A DNA stretch of 63,544 nucleotides, filler included, from Octopus bimaculoides (GCF_001194135.2; 5 parts of 5 records of this genome joined end to end with filler, not necessarily neighbours in it), one strand, 5' to 3'; positions 1 to 13,980 are shown, numbered from the whole stretch's first letter. A program made the numbers and translations. The notes: a model not told the origin generated them from the letters alone.

Positions 1-46
<46 letters not shown>

Positions 47-125
47 ACACACAACTAACCTAAATTATGATTATTCATAAACACTGCTTTGCGCCATTCG
101 TTATTTTTCTCGATCGGGCGATCTA

Positions 126-560
126 CTAGCGCAAGTCAGTCAATGTGTTGGCTGAATTATATATAAAGCTACAAGCTTTATTTAGTACGTTCAGAGTTGC
201 CTCTCTTAAGTACATCTCATTGACAAGCATCAATAAACTCGAAACATCGATGTCTGAGATTCCCGAGAGATGGTGACACTGAACGAACTGGGTGTTTTCA
301 CACCTTTTTATCATAAGATTTCTCTCCACGGTAACTGCAATGTACTTACCTTTAGCAGTTGAAATATGCGACAAACATATTTCAACTAACCTAGATTGTG
401 ATATATATATATATATATATATTGTTGAACGGAAACAGGAACGAGTATTAACCCAGTTTGTAAATAGATTTTACGCTAATTACTTGTGTTTAATAATTTG
501 GCAAAGAAGTGTAATTCTGTACAACGGCTCTAAATTTCATAATGGCTAACATATTCAACA
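126..560 (-). mobile_element. Highly degenerate hAT-like transposase remnant (Charlie/GTF2IRD2 type)
   Basis: Minus-strand translation GKYIAVTVERNLMIKRCENTQFVQCHHL...TLNVLNKACSFIYNS resembles the hAT GK..GV...HCxIH...VLNDAVKIVNFIKS region. Upstream FKWHFDE...LAIMKFRAV resembles the first catalytic-D region. Judged by eye; interrupted by a (TA)n run. Confidence 0.4.
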
Positions 561-1104
561 TTATTTCATCAAAATGCCACTTGAAGCTCGACAAATCTAT
601 TTCCTCAGGACCTCGAAATTGTGATCGGTGTTTTGATGAATAATCTGTAGGTCAAACGCAAGTTTATGCGTGGCAAGCGCGTTTCATGGTTTTATCGAGT
701 TCAAGAAATGAGGGATTAGAGTAACCAGTCAGTAACGAAATACTAAAACCAATCAGTAACAAAATAGTAGATGTAGGACGAAGATCTCATGTTTTGATGC
801 AACTATTATAGTGCAAAAGTTACATCATGAGAATGCATATACTCGCACTTGCCTCAAGCTACATGGTTTCAGACGTTAGACAAAACGGTGGCCGCTACAC
901 ACCATCCGTACCTACCTATTTTTTTTACCTCACCGTATTAGGATAAAATGAGATTGAAGCTAAAGAGACACTACTTAAAGAGGAGAGGTGCATTGGCAGC
1001 GTGGAAGATTGGGATTATTGAGCATAATTACTGCATAGTTGAGAGCTGAGATCACCTTGTATCATTATTGTATACAGTATGTGCTAATCAAATTCACCGT
1101 GTAT

Positions 1105-1269
1105 GAATATTGCGTGCGTGGAAACTAAGATCAACGTGAACGTCTCCAACAGAGCTATTTTGAAAGGGGACGTTACCCGAATATAAATAATACATGAAAT
1201 ACGTTACTTAATGGAGTACTCGTGTACTTTTTCAGGCCTAGTCCGGCAACTTTCTGATAATACCTCGTA
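1105..1269 (+). mobile_element. Mariner 3' end with terminal inverted repeat
   Basis: LRAWKLRS...SYFE resembles the mariner C-terminus (xWxxRLxRC..NGDYFEG). It is followed by AGTCCGGCAACTTTCTGATAATACCTCG-TA, a mariner-type TIR ending in TA. Confidence 0.6.
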
Positions 1270-1543
1270 TTTGTGTATGTATGTATATATGTATATATGT
1301 ATATATGTGTGTGTGTATGTACGTGTGTGGAAGTGGGAGTGTGGATATGTATGCATGTATGTATAATGCACGATTGCATGTTTTGTCGCACATTTTTTTT
1401 CGTATTTCAATGTCTCTTTTGATGTGCATGAGGCAGCAGTAGTAGCAGTAACTACTGTGGTCGTTGGTAATATTAGTGCTATTTTTGTTGCACATTTTAT
1501 TGTTATTGTCCTCGTTGTTATTATTATTACAGCTGTTATTGTT

Positions 1544-1595
<52 letters not shown>

Positions 1596-1648
1596 CACTA
1601 CCACCACCACCACCACCACCACCACCACCACCACCACNNNNNNNNNNN

Positions 1649-1684
<36 letters not shown>

Positions 1685-1697
1685 CACTACCACCACC
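1544..1697. repeat. (CTA)n/(CCA)n trinucleotide microsatellite
   Basis: Directly visible; contains a short N gap. Confidence 0.98.
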
Positions 1698-2864
1698 CAT
1701 TAAATTCGAAACATGCAGCTGACAATGTAAACGAAACAAAATTAAAAAATGAAAAACACTTTTGTCATTATTTTGTGTAAAATTATTTTTGTATTTTGTT
1801 TTTTATTGCTGTCGTTGTCGTTGATATTGTTTTTTTTTTATATTTGCGGTGACGTTGCCAGAAGAAAGAAAGTAGTTTAAAGACACCATGATTACAATAC
1901 TGGAACTGGTAAAGCAAGCTTTTTCACCTGTAGGTCGTAAAAGACGACGAAATTATTTCGTTGGGCGTGAAACCGTCGTCGTTACAACAACAGATCATTT
2001 AAAAATAAATTAAAAAACATTTTACATAAAACAGAAATACAAAATTAATAAAATAAATCGCAACATGAATCGAGTTAACGATACCCTGAAGACAGCAGGG
2101 GTGTTTTTCACGATTAGCTTTACCTTACGAACTTGAAAAATAAAAAAAAAACAACTGAGGAAGATGGTCTCGAAGCTAGAAATAGCAACTGACCTTCTAC
2201 TCCTGAGCAATATACAATGCAGTAGTACTTAATCTGAATGAAAAGTGACTGCCATTTAAGAAATGATGGAGAAATTGCGTAGGAACCTAGTCTTTGGCTC
2301 CCATCAGACAAGGCTTGGATGTCGGTTAAATAGACATATCTCAAGAGATCAGTTTCGTAGACAATACCTACTCTGGGTTGATTAAACAATGCTCACCACA
2401 GGATCGGTTCAGATGGCAAAATCAAACACACAACTTTTTGGCTTTGTGTCACATCACATTATCAGTAAATAACAAATTATAATTAAAAGGCAACCCTCCA
2501 CCCCTAACTGCACCTTCTACCAAGCCTCCACCCTTTACTATACCAATAAAAGTAATACACAACCCAACTCCCAATACGACAACAGATACTTTCACGATGA
2601 TAACTCAATATTTGAAGTTATATAAAAATAAGTAATGTGATGAGAGTTTCTTAAGCGGTTGCCCCAGAAGGTTTGTTTTATATTGCTGGCTCACCCACCA
2701 TTCTATATTTTGATTATTCTCAACTATGTCCCAGCAGTTACGTGTCTCCATTGTATTTCACCTCCAGCCCTAACTTGACAACAATTCTTGGTGTTGCGGG
2801 AACTAACAACCATAACGCGACCATAATGTACCGTGTTAAATGTTTCACTTAACACCAAATCCTG

Positions 2865-3082
2865 TTAACCCTTTAACATTCAGATTATCCTGTCAAATGT
2901 AATGCTTATATATTCATATTGTTTAACATTAATCATACATTATCTCATAGATTTTGATGTGATTGCTAATTTTTAAAAAGACATTGAAGGATAGATGTGA
3001 GAGGCTGGATCTGACTGGTTAGAGCATAAACCAAGGCGAATGTTGGTGCTGGATATGGCCGGTTTAAATGCTAAATGCTTAA
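2865..3082. mobile_element. piggyBac-like MITE (~220 bp)
   Basis: Left end TTAACCCTTTAACATT and right end AATGCTAAATGCTTAA form an inverted repeat (13/16 matches) bounded by TTAA. The interior matches an abundant octopus MITE as I recall it. Confidence 0.65.
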
Positions 3083-3433
3083 ATACCACTACACTTCACT
3101 GCTCCATACTGCAGCAATTCATTCATTGCTTATTGTTTTTTCCCCTGAAATTATTCTCAAACAGATATTTAGGATGGACATCAATTACGGTATGAAATAT
3201 CAAGACCATTGCCTCCTCCTAATAAACTAAAAATAGGAATGAATATTTCCACATAATTTACTAAGTTTTCGTGGTTTCAATGTATTGAAGCAACTGGAAG
3301 GTTACAATTTAACCGTTTCAATAACCGAATGAATCATCTTCAACATCACATTGTTGTAGATTGTTGTTGCGGTGTTCTCTCTCACTCACTCACTCACTCA
3401 CTCACTCACTTTCTCTCCCTCCTTCTTCGTCTT

Positions 3434-3477
<44 letters not shown>

Positions 3478-3711
3478 ACACACACACACACACACAAACA
3501 CACACACTCACACACATACATACACACACACACACACACGAACACACACACACACACACATANNNNNNNNNNNNNNNNNNNNNNNNNNNNNNNNNNNNNN
3601 NNNNNNNNNNNNNNNNNNNNNNNNNNNNNNNNNNNNNNNNNNNNNNNNNNNNNNNNNNNNNNNNNNNNNNNNNNNNNNNNNNNNNNNNNNNNNNNNNNNN
3701 NNNNNNNNNNA

Positions 3712-3750
<39 letters not shown>

Positions 3751-3877
3751 ACACACACACACACACACAAACACACACACTATTTTTCAGCTAGGAAGGA
3801 GTGAGTTTTATAACTATTTATTTTTTTTTACTTTTCGGAACTTATTTAGTAAAAAAAAAGTAAGTAAAGTAAAATCC

Positions 3878-4210
3878 CTAGATGGCGAGTTGGTGTGGTA
3901 GTCTTTTGGTGCTCACTCTGAAGATGTGGCCAAACCACAGTAGCCTACGCTACCGGACTTGGTCTTCAAAGGCCAGCTGTTGTTGCTGGCATTGTTCTCG
4001 GATGCTGTTGTTTGAGTTTCGGTCACATAGAGAAGCCCAAAGGATCTGACGAAAACACCGCATTTACAACACGTTCAGCTTGTCCATGTCCCGCTTGAGG
4101 ATGGTCAAAATCTCAGCGCTGTAGAGGAGGTCAGTCAGAACCACCCGACAACGGAAAAGAGAGATTTTGGTCCTTAGGTAGGTATTGAACTTCTTCCAAA
4201 CACGCCATGT
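3878..4210 (-). mobile_element. RTE-clade LINE, post-RT C-terminal fragment with stops
   Basis: Translation RVWKKFNTYLRTKISLFRCRVVLTDLLYSAEILTILKRDMDKLNVL*MRCFRQILWASLCDRNSNNSIREQC...RRLLWFGHIFRVSTKRLPHQL carries the RTE signature (LLYGSE, MRCLRRIL, RLRWFGHV). Confidence 0.85.
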
Positions 4211-4708
4211 ATTGTACGGGAGAGGTACGGTTTTCCTACGACATGGTATCTATCCCCATTTGGAAAGCAAAGAGTTAGGGTTAGTGGGTCGATAAGGTCT
4301 TCTTTTTTTAACTCGGTGTAATGCCAAATTTTGACAAGAAAACGGTGAGTGTTTCCCACCATGCTGTATGTACGTCTGTTCCTGCTAAAGAGTATTGAGT
4401 TTATGACTGTATTGCAGGTAGAAAATATCTCTTCAGAAGTTAATACATTTAACCATAAAACGTACGCGCTTTGGCTAACAGATATTAACCGTCGTTGATC
4501 TCTAAGTCCGTTGCTCTGTATTGTACTTTACACACTATCCACCCTGTATGTACCCAATATGTATCCTACACTCTCAGAAATCCGCATTGTCTAAAAAAAA
4601 TTATACTATTATATTAGAATGTTTCAGAAACAACACGAAATATTTATGTACTTGTGTATGCGTGTGTATATGCATGTGTGTGTGCGCGTGTGGTATATGC
4701 GTGTGTGA

Positions 4709-4775
<67 letters not shown>

Positions 4776-5520
4776 CGCGCGCACGCACGATAGAGAGAGT
4801 GTCTCGTTTTAACGGTGTGGAAGAGGTGGAGTTCCATTCACGAAAATACAAAAAATAATGGCAATAGTAAATAAATACAGTTCCAGAGGGATCAGACATG
4901 AAAATATAGGGAGATTAACCAGTAATACAATACGTCCCCTCAGTTGTTGGTTTAGCTTTCTTTTCTTTTTTTTTTTACTTTTGTTTTTTGTTTTTTGCTT
5001 TTCGTTATTTTCGTTGGCTTTGCTTTTGATATGTTCTCTTTCTCCCGTTGTTCGGATTAATTTACTTATTCGGGGGTGTTTTACGACAATTTATAGACCT
5101 ACATCAGATAAAATAGCATGATAGGAGAGGATGGGGTCTGTGAAATCAATCTCCAATATATCCTACCACCACCACCACCTCTTGCCACAAACTGATATTT
5201 GCATTCAGAAATTTCATTATACGTAAATCTGTCTATGTGTTTATGAGAATATGCTTGAGAAGGTGTGGTGTGTCTCACTGTATGTAGGTATGCGTGTCTG
5301 AGAGTGTATATGCGTCTATAAGTCTATAAGTATGTGAGCGTGTGTGTGTGTGTATAGAAATATGTATATGTGAGAGCGTATGTAAGTGTATGCGCGCGTG
5401 AGCATTTATGTGAGTGTATAATAGTGTGTTTGTGTGTATGAGTGCGTGCGTGTGTAAGAGAGAGAGAGAGAGAGAGATAGAGAGAGAAAATGTGTGTATT
5501 TGTTGAGTCACCATCTGTTT

Positions 5521-5648
5521 TAGTATGAATATATATAGATATGTATGCTTGAGTGTGTATATGTATCTCTATGCGAGGTTTTGTGGGTCCGCGTATAGAG
5601 ACATGAGTATATTTGAGGGCATGTATATGTATGCGAACATATACTTCT
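5521..5648 (+). repeat. Direct repeat copy 1 (~128 bp)
   Basis: Near-identical to 6566-6692 (TAGTATGAATATATATAGATATGTATGCTTGAG...CATATACTTCTG). Confidence 0.92.
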
Positions 5649-5765
5649 GATTGTGTGTGTGGGTGTATGTGTACATCTGTGTAATTGTGTGCGTGCGTTT
5701 GTGTGTGTTTGTGTGTGTATCTGTGTGTGTTTGTGTGCCTGTGTTTGCTTGTGTGTGTGTGTGTT

Positions 5766-5804
<39 letters not shown>

Positions 5805-5814
5805 NNNNNNNNNN

Positions 5815-5863
<49 letters not shown>

Positions 5864-6412
5864 CTGTGTTCCCTACGTTTTACGGGATTAAATGGAGCTT
5901 CAAAGCAAAAGACATCCTCCCGAACTTAAGACGGAGGTTAATAATATTACCATGATTTAGGGAGGAGGAAATTACAAAGCAAAAAATAAATACAAAACTA
6001 TCAACGACAACAAAAACAATAACAACAACAATAATAATAATAATAATACGGATAAATACATTAGAAAGATAGGAGAATGAAGAAATGATCCGTTCTTCAG
6101 AAATTCCCTTAAAAAAATCTATAAAAATCCTTCTCTCTCACCCCCTCCCCACGAAAACAAAACAAAAAATATAGAATTGTTTCCTTTAAACAAAGAAACA
6201 AACGAAAACAAAACCTCTTTAAGTTATTTGATTTCACATGGTTTGTCATTTTAAATTAAATATCCACCAGAAGGGATGAAACTACCGCTAAACCATTATC
6301 ATCATCGCCTTCTATACACATACACATGGAAACACGCATACATGTACGCACGCACAATATATATACATGTATATGTATATACATATACACTATATATATA
6401 TTTGCGCGCGCG

Positions 6413-6443
<31 letters not shown>

Positions 6444-6565
6444 TTGCACCTATTTAAAATGACTGTACCAGAAATCACTTTTAAATATATAAAATTTGCC
6501 TTCTTTATTTTATTACAATTTTATATCATTTAGAAAAATGGGATTATCAAAAGATGAGAGAATTC

Positions 6566-6692
6566 TAGTATGAATATATATAGATATGTATGCTTGAGTG
6601 TGTATATGTATCTCTATGCGAGGTTTGTGGGTCCGTGTATAGAGACATGAGTATATTTGAGGGCATGTATATGTATGCGAACATATACTTCT
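6566..6692 (+). repeat. Direct repeat copy 2
   Basis: Near-identical to 5521-5648, with only a few differences. Confidence 0.92.
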
Positions 6693-6951
6693 GGATTATA
6701 TTATACCATAAATGGTATAATATAATCCAGTTGAAATGGCTGGGTAAACCTAGTTCAAGAGGCACCTGTACGAACGGCATAACACTATACAAACTATGGC
6801 GGGATCCCTGAGCCGTGGTTGTCAATGTAGCGGGTTTAATAAATGCAATATAAAAGTAGATGAATGATGTGGTGGAGAGGTGAAAGTTGTGAGGAAAAGA
6901 CAGACAGAGAGAGATGAGATGTAGCTTGAGAAACGCAACTGAGCTCGTTTG

Positions 6952-7458
6952 TTAACCTTAGACGGGGTATATCATCATTTAACGTTTCCAAAATTTTACA
7001 TGGATACGGCCATCATCAAACGCATCTAAACATTAGCGGCCATTTTCGTGGGGAGAAATCATGTCGCAAATAGAAAATTTATGCAGTGAGAAAAAAATTC
7101 TTTCCTGACTTCTCTTTGTCATCAGCTGAGGTAGATAATAATGATCTAGACAACACAGAAGAAAGTGATGCTTCAACTACCTCAAGAAGGAAAAAACACC
7201 CCGACTTTCTCCATTTCTACATTCGTTTGACAACAACAATGAGGGTATCTGAAATGAATTTATGTTCAGCTCGGATATGCAAAATAAATGAATATATAAT
7301 GGCACTTTCCGATGGTGACAATGTAAATTTTCATAGTTTTTATACTTATTTTAAGTGAAAATACGTATAAAAATTATCCTTAAGGAGAAAGACCGTTCGG
7401 TTTCTTGCCTGTTTGACACATAAATCTATGCAACCTTTTCCTGCCGTTTAAGGGTTTG
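6952..7458. mobile_element. Possible TIR-bounded non-autonomous DNA transposon (piggyBac-like ends)
   Basis: Left TTAACCTTAGACGG and right CCGTTTAAGGGTT form an imperfect inverted repeat. The acidic internal stretch (EVDNNDLDNTEESD) is reminiscent of piggyBac N-termini. Confidence 0.35.
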
Positions 7459-7620
7459 TGCTAAAGGATCTTTAGAATCATCTTGTGCGCGCGTGTGTTT
7501 TTTATTATAGTTATTCAAATTTATATACTAATTCTACGTTTGTATATAGCGAGCCTACAAAAGATAATGTTTATTCACTGTGTAACACAGACAGACTGAC
7601 TGACCGGCTGACAGACAGAC

Positions 7621-7651
<31 letters not shown>

Positions 7652-8570
7652 GAGATAGAGAGAAGTGGTAAGCAAAACTAATCAGGGGGGATTTAAAAGA
7701 GCTAAAACCGCAAACAACCGCTGCACGTCCTTTTGTTTCCATTTACGTCGCTACCAATGAAACCTTAATTACTGTGAAATCCAACACCGTCCATGACAGC
7801 TACGATACTGTAATTTTCTAATGAGTTAATTTATAGATTAAAGGTTTTAGGGATGGCACACAAAACAGGTATATTCTACACTGTTTCATACATAAAATTG
7901 TTTGTACTGATCTCATCTATTCTACTGCCTGGTCAGTTTATTTCTGTTTCTGTGTGGCTTATTGTTCACTCTCGAAAGCGCTAAGCAGTAACGTGTATAA
8001 ATACTTATTATTTATACGTGTATAAAAACTTATTACCAATTCAAATAAGCTTGAAACAATTTCGGACCAGTAAGAAAACTATTCACTGTATTTTATAATT
8101 TTATAATTTCTTGTTGTATACGCAAATAGGTGCAAACACAGCAAGTCAGTTCGCAGAGCTCCCTAACCAGACTAGTGGATATATACATTTCGAAGTGATA
8201 AACTCTTCTCAGCGCCAGATATCAGAAAGGGAGACGCTACCAGCTGACAAGAGAGACAGGTCTGTATTATTACATTCCTGTCATCGTACTATGATTGGTT
8301 ACACTCGTCGGCGTTTCAATGTAAATAAAATACAGAGGTAAAAAGCAGTGATGTTTATGAATACAAACTTAGTTTTAGACATCGTAAACGCTATTTTAAT
8401 ATAGAAAAGAGAAACAAATTAATAGATGGTCTCCGAACTACGAATCTATAATATACAAGTACGCATTTTAAATGACTACAAAGCTATGAACCCATGTTTA
8501 TTTATTTCTGCACCGTTTTATGATTTGTGCACTGTACCTCGTTTCACAATACTATATTCGTTTCAAATTT

Positions 8571-8775
8571 TGGCACAATGCCAGCAATTCGGAGGGAGGT
8601 GATAAGTCGATTATATCAACCTTAGTACACAACAGGTACTTATTTTATCGACCTCGAAAGGGTTGAAAGACAGAGTCGAACTTGGCGGAAGTTGAACTCA
8701 GAACATAAAGACGGACGAAACGCTGCTGAGCGTTTTTTCCCGGCGTGCTCACGATTCTGCCAACTTACCGCCCTG
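8571..8775 (-). mobile_element. tRNA-derived SINE, family A
   Basis: Reverse-complement match to the copy at 23780-24006 in the head and body, with a B-box-like GAGTTCAACTTCC and a different 3' tail. Confidence 0.8.
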
Positions 8776-9702
8776 TTTCATAGTACTATATTATTTATAC
8801 ATAATAATTCAATGAAAGAGTAAAAAGAATTCTGTTTGCTTGCTACATGGCTGTTATAACGCTCTTGTCTTAAAACGGAGAACAGATTGGTTAACGTAGT
8901 TCTACTAAATGGTTGAGTCAGGAATGGAATATCCAGGTCATAGATCTTGTGAAGATCTGGTCAGCCTTAGAACGGATGATGTCAGCAGGGAAAATAACAA
9001 GAATAATTTACCATTCTATCTATCTCTTTGTCACTAATTCCTCCTATTTTGTTTTCCCTATTATACTCCAGGTAATTCCAGTGAAACTGATGTCTTCTTC
9101 TGAAGTTGCCTCTTAAACTGTGTCATTTACACACTCATAAACACACACACACACTTGTATGTATATGTGTGTTTCAGTGTATTCAGACACACCGTTTTTA
9201 TAAATCAAGATTACTTCACTTAGCCACGATTGATTTAGCTGTGTGGGTCACCAGGCTTTGCTTAACTCTTATGAAATAAGAAAATGAGAAAATCGCTCGT
9301 TTCCTGGCATTTGGCACCACTAAACCAATGATGGCCCACAAAGCTAGCTCCAATTGTTTCATATATAAATAACTCTTTATCTCACCATCAAGTGTTATCT
9401 TTTCCATATTATATATCACGCATAATAACTTTATGTGTATGTGTTTGCGTGCTTGAGTGCGTGCGTGCGTGCGTGTGTGCACGCGTGCGCATGTGTGTGT
9501 GAGTATGCGTATGCATATCAGTGTGTGTATCTCAGTCAACAGCATTTTTGTAATAAATTTCACAGCAAACTTCTCGTTGTTTTTATTAAACTTCCTTCGA
9601 AATTTTTTAACATTTATATTCATCCATATATACACACATACACATACATACACACACACACACACACACTCATGCAATCACACACACACACACACACACA
9701 CA

Positions 9703-9733
<31 letters not shown>

Positions 9734-9889
9734 TGAAGTAATGTAGCCAATCTAAATATTCCCCTTACCCTAAATGTGTGACCTGATACCTAAGTCAGGA
9801 ATTAATATTTCAATCTCTAGATAACTTAAGACTACCAGAGTTCATCTCTAGACTTTCATACATAGGTACATGCATAAATACTAACAAAC

Positions 9890-10200
9890 ATATACTTCTG
9901 TGAGCGGAGCTGAATGACACAGGAATATTTCAATATACTTCTAAATGTATGCAAGCCCGATTTGTGTCAGCGTTCAAAACAACCATATCCCACAAAGCTT
10001 TCGCAACGCCAGTCCAGGTACCAACAGTTAGGATAAGAGAATGGATAACAGAAGAAATCTGGAGGACACTGAGAATGACTGGTAACTTCCACATCAATAG
10101 TAATGCCGACGGAATTTGTGCTAAACAGAAGCATGTTAGTAGAGATACAAAAGCCTTCCAGTTGCCTTTGAGTGTCATATTTGCCACTTAGCATGAACTG
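9890..10200 (+). mobile_element. Degenerate RTE/BovB-like LINE 3' region
   Basis: A stop-riddled frame ICVSVQNNHIPQSF...DKRMDNRRNLEDTENDW...FECHICHL resembles RTE HVxRMxDNRIPKQL...K+RxKDxxKxxL...W plus the terminal Cys-finger. Confidence 0.4.
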
Positions 10201-11141
10201 AACAGTAATAAGAGAAATATGTATATCATATGTGTACACAACAGCGAAAATATTAGCAACTTGTGGTTAAATGAAGAACTCATAAACAGGTACTCTTAAT
10301 GTATAGCTGCTCTGTGTGAACCAAGAATGTCTGGAGTGTCCTCATTACACAGAAAGTTGAAGGAGAAATACTCTCATAACACCAGAAAGTAGTGCATGGT
10401 TACATATACTGTGAGCTAGAGAATACCAACAACACTGACAGAAGCAGTAACTTCTCCTGGACCTGTGGTAAATATATCACATCCCACCAAGGAGGATATG
10501 CCCTTACTATCCAAGGACAAGAGACAGTTACTAAATACCTGGTCAACAAAACAGATAAGGATATAAAAAAAAGTGTCGATTGTGCCACGCATGTATATCA
10601 CTCATGTATATCACTCATAATCATCCATGAATTCCGTAACGTACTACTTTCTCATGTGAGATGATATTGTTGCCTAATCCGTTTGCAATACGATCCACTG
10701 AAAGGATTGTCTTGATAGTCATATAAGAGGCACATCGGAACTAGAATGTATTCACACCTTTAAAAATAAGGAAAACTGATGGAATATTCAAAACAGCAAA
10801 CGAGTATAACCATATCAGACCTGACTTGTTCTATGGGATATCACAAATATATATACGTATGTTAATACGCGTGCACATATATATACATATATATACATAT
10901 ACCTAAATACATACACGCACATACATTTATATGCATATAAACACACGCGCGCGACACACATACACACACATGCATACATATGTGCATATGCATAAATACT
11001 TATAAATACATCCATGCATGTAGACTTGTACATACATTTACATACACGTACATACATATACGTACGTATGCATATGTTCTTGATGCTGTTATGAAGTGTA
11101 GCCCCTCTTGGAATCAAGATCGTATGTATATATATACATAC

Positions 11142-11216
<75 letters not shown>

Positions 11217-11840
11217 CATATANNNNNNNNNNNNNNNNNNNNNNNNNNNNNNNNNNNNNNNNNNNNNNNNNNNNNNNNNNNNNNNNNNNNNNNNNNNNNN
11301 NNNNNNNNNNNNNNNNNNNNNNNNNNNNNNNNNNNNNNNNNNNNNNNNNNNNNNNNNNNNNNNNNNNNNNNNNNNNNNNNNNNNNNNNNNNNNNNNNNNN
11401 NNNNNNNNNNNNNNNNNNNNNNNNNNNNNNNNNNNNNNNNNNNNNNNNNNNNNNNNNNNNNNNNNNNNNNNNNNNNNNNNNNNNNNNNNNNNNNNNNNNN
11501 NNNNNNNNNNNNNNNNNNNNNNNNNNNNNNNNNNNNNNNNNNNNNNNNNNNNNNNNNNNNNNNNNNNNNNNNNNNNNNNNNNNNNNNNNNNNNNNNNNNN
11601 NNNNNNNNNNNNNNNNNNNNNNNNNNNNNNNNNNNNNNNNNNNNNNNNNNNNNNNNNNNNNNNNNNNNNNNNNNNNNNNNNNNNNNNNNNNNNNNNNNNN
11701 NNNNNNNNNNNNNNNNNNNNNNNNNNNNNNNNNNNNNNNNNNNNNNNNNNNNNNNNNNNNNNNNNNNNNNNNNNNNNNNNNNNNNNNNNNNNNNNNNNNN
11801 NNNNNNNNNNNNNNNNNNNNNNNNNNNNNNNNNNNNNATA

Positions 11841-12488
11841 CTAGCTGACCTACCCGATATTTCTCGGGAAAGCGGGGCTTATCCCTTGGTTCTATTCTCA
11901 TAATTGTTTCGTTAATCCAATAAGAACAATACAAAGTATGTAGCCTTTAAAACGGTTTTTGTGCATTTACAGAGAATACCGAACTGTCTTACACAAGATC
12001 TAGTTTTAAGGAATTCCCAATAAGATATGAATATCCAACTCAGTTATGTAATACTATGAAATTAGTTACCCGATTGTAAGAATTCGAATAAAGTAGCCCC
12101 GAGAAGGGCTTTAATGCGTTTACATAGTATATAGAACATAGGAGGAAATACTAATAAGGTATGTATACTAAAATCGTGGATCATGTTACGTAATAACAGG
12201 CTAATTAGATATGAGATAATAATAATTCAAAGTAAATAACTCTGAAAAGGGCTTTTGTGCGTTCCCAGAGAATATTAACATTAGGGGCGCTAGTGTTGGT
12301 ATATTCGTAAATAAGTCATTAACCGAAATAAGTGAATCTATAGTTTAGGAAAATATTATTTATTTGTTTAAGGGTTGTACTGGACAAATTACGAAAATAA
12401 CTCTAACAGTCCAAATACTAAGAGATAAGCATACTCAATTTCATGTTTACCAAATAATTTAGGAAAATGAATGGGTTATTTCCCTTAG

Positions 12489-12532
<44 letters not shown>

Positions 12533-12713
12533 ATCCCTTCCAGGGGCTTTATTATCGATTTTTTTTCAACAATCTGAGTATGCCATAAGGTTTCCAAACA
12601 TGAGTTCTACTCACGTGTCAACTTTCATCAAAATCGATAAAACGATGTAGGAGGAGTTAGCTGACAACTCCACAAACACACCCACAGACAGAATTTCTTA
12701 CATATGCAGTAGA
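11841..12713 (-). mobile_element. Complete non-autonomous Helitron (873 bp)
   Basis: On the minus strand it begins A|TCTACTGCATATGTAAGAAATTCTGTCTGT and ends with a hairpin (CCCGA-6nt-TCGGG, 11853-11868) followed by CTAG|T. This is an A/T insertion with no TSD, the canonical Helitron signature. Confidence 0.78.
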
Positions 12714-12895
12714 TATATAAAAATTATATGCTCAAAGATTATATGCCCAAATTATATTTATACACACATTCAAAATTTATATGCCCGAAAATATTTATAC
12801 ACACATTCGTACATGTATATATACATATACACGTATACATGCATTTGTATATATATATATATATATCATTGTCAGATACATACACTATATCACGC

Positions 12896-13240
12896 GATCT
12901 CATTTTCCATTTTCTTTATTCCACATCCCTTCATTTGACTTACACTGACTTATTACATGCATTCAGAAGTACACCTACCTGCGTTTATCTCTTTCGCACG
13001 AAAACACACACATAGCCACGCGCACACACACACATGCAAGCACACACACACACACACCCGCACGCACGCACATACACGCAAACGCTGAGAAATGAATTAC
13101 ATATACATGTCTATATACACGAATGTAGAGAAACAAACATAAACACACCAGACAACACATATAACTACAATAAATCTCAACCGTCACCCGATATATGGAA
13201 CGTGTGTACCTGGATCAGGACATTATTTCTAAAGGTGTCA
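12896..13240 (+). repeat. Diverged local duplication, copy 1
   Basis: Collinear blocks TTTCCATTTTCTTTATTCCACATCCCTTC, ACACCTACCTGC and CTACAATAAATCTCAAC...GAACGTGTGTACCTGGAT...CATTATTTCTAAAGGTGTCAA recur at 17147-17390. Confidence 0.88.
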
Positions 13241-13484
13241 AACAAGATGTAACCATAGTAGGAGGTTAGTTTGTCTTTCACTATGTGTATAATGTATATG
13301 TAGTTGTTTTATATTATGTATCTGTATATATATATGTTGGGGGAGGGGGTCGATTCTGGCCTGGATTAGCTCACCGTTTTTCAGTCAATTGGTTATATAA
13401 AAAATGTCGCTTTAAATCGGAGAATATATATTATGATATATTATGATATATTATGATATAGTTATTATATGTGTGTGTGTGTAC

Positions 13485-13530
<46 letters not shown>

Positions 13531-13589
13531 ATACACACACACATGCACACATATATATAATTAATAAAAAAAAAACGAAGAAAAAAGAT

Positions 13590-13646
13590 CAGAAAAACCA
13601 ACAACGCTAGGACGTGGTACATGCAAAGTATTAATAAGATGCTCAG

Positions 13647-13717
<71 letters not shown>

Positions 13718-13836
13718 AAGAGTGGTTGTTTTACGTTTCGAGCAAAGCTCTCCTTCGGAAACAGGAAATACTCACACGCACATAAACACACCCACACACG
13801 CACACATAAACACACATACAGACACACACGCACACT

Positions 13837-13868
<32 letters not shown>

Positions 13869-13980
13869 AAAAAGAAGAAGGAGAAAAAAATCGCCAACAA
13901 ATTCATGTGTAGTTACATTTTGAAACGACCGAAAATAGATGGACAAAGAGAAAGTGCTTTCAGAGACAGGAGAGTGTGAA
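13590..13980 (-). mobile_element. Penelope-like terminal-repeat-derived element, family P1, with hammerhead-like motif
   Basis: Homologous to 29515-29700 (CAACAACxCxAGGACGTGGTACA...ACGTTTCGAGC...AAAATCGCCAAC). The hammerhead-like fold is at 13727-13763. The Penelope assignment is an inference from the motif. Confidence 0.6.

Noticed and set aside
4174-4362. Minus ORF ...LKKEDLIDPLTLTLCFPNGDRYHVVGKPY as LINE ORF1 fused to the RTE fragment
   Set aside because: The similarity is too short and weak to call without a search.
7853-8337. Possible two-exon start MAHKT|GANTASQFAELP... (7853-7868 and 8130 onward)
   Set aside because: In frame, but the splice sites are mediocre, there is no consistent downstream exon, and no recognisable protein.
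9930-10187. Hydrophobic minus-strand ORF resembling a membrane protein
   Set aside because: It overlaps a decayed RTE-like relic on the other strand and has no supporting splice sites.
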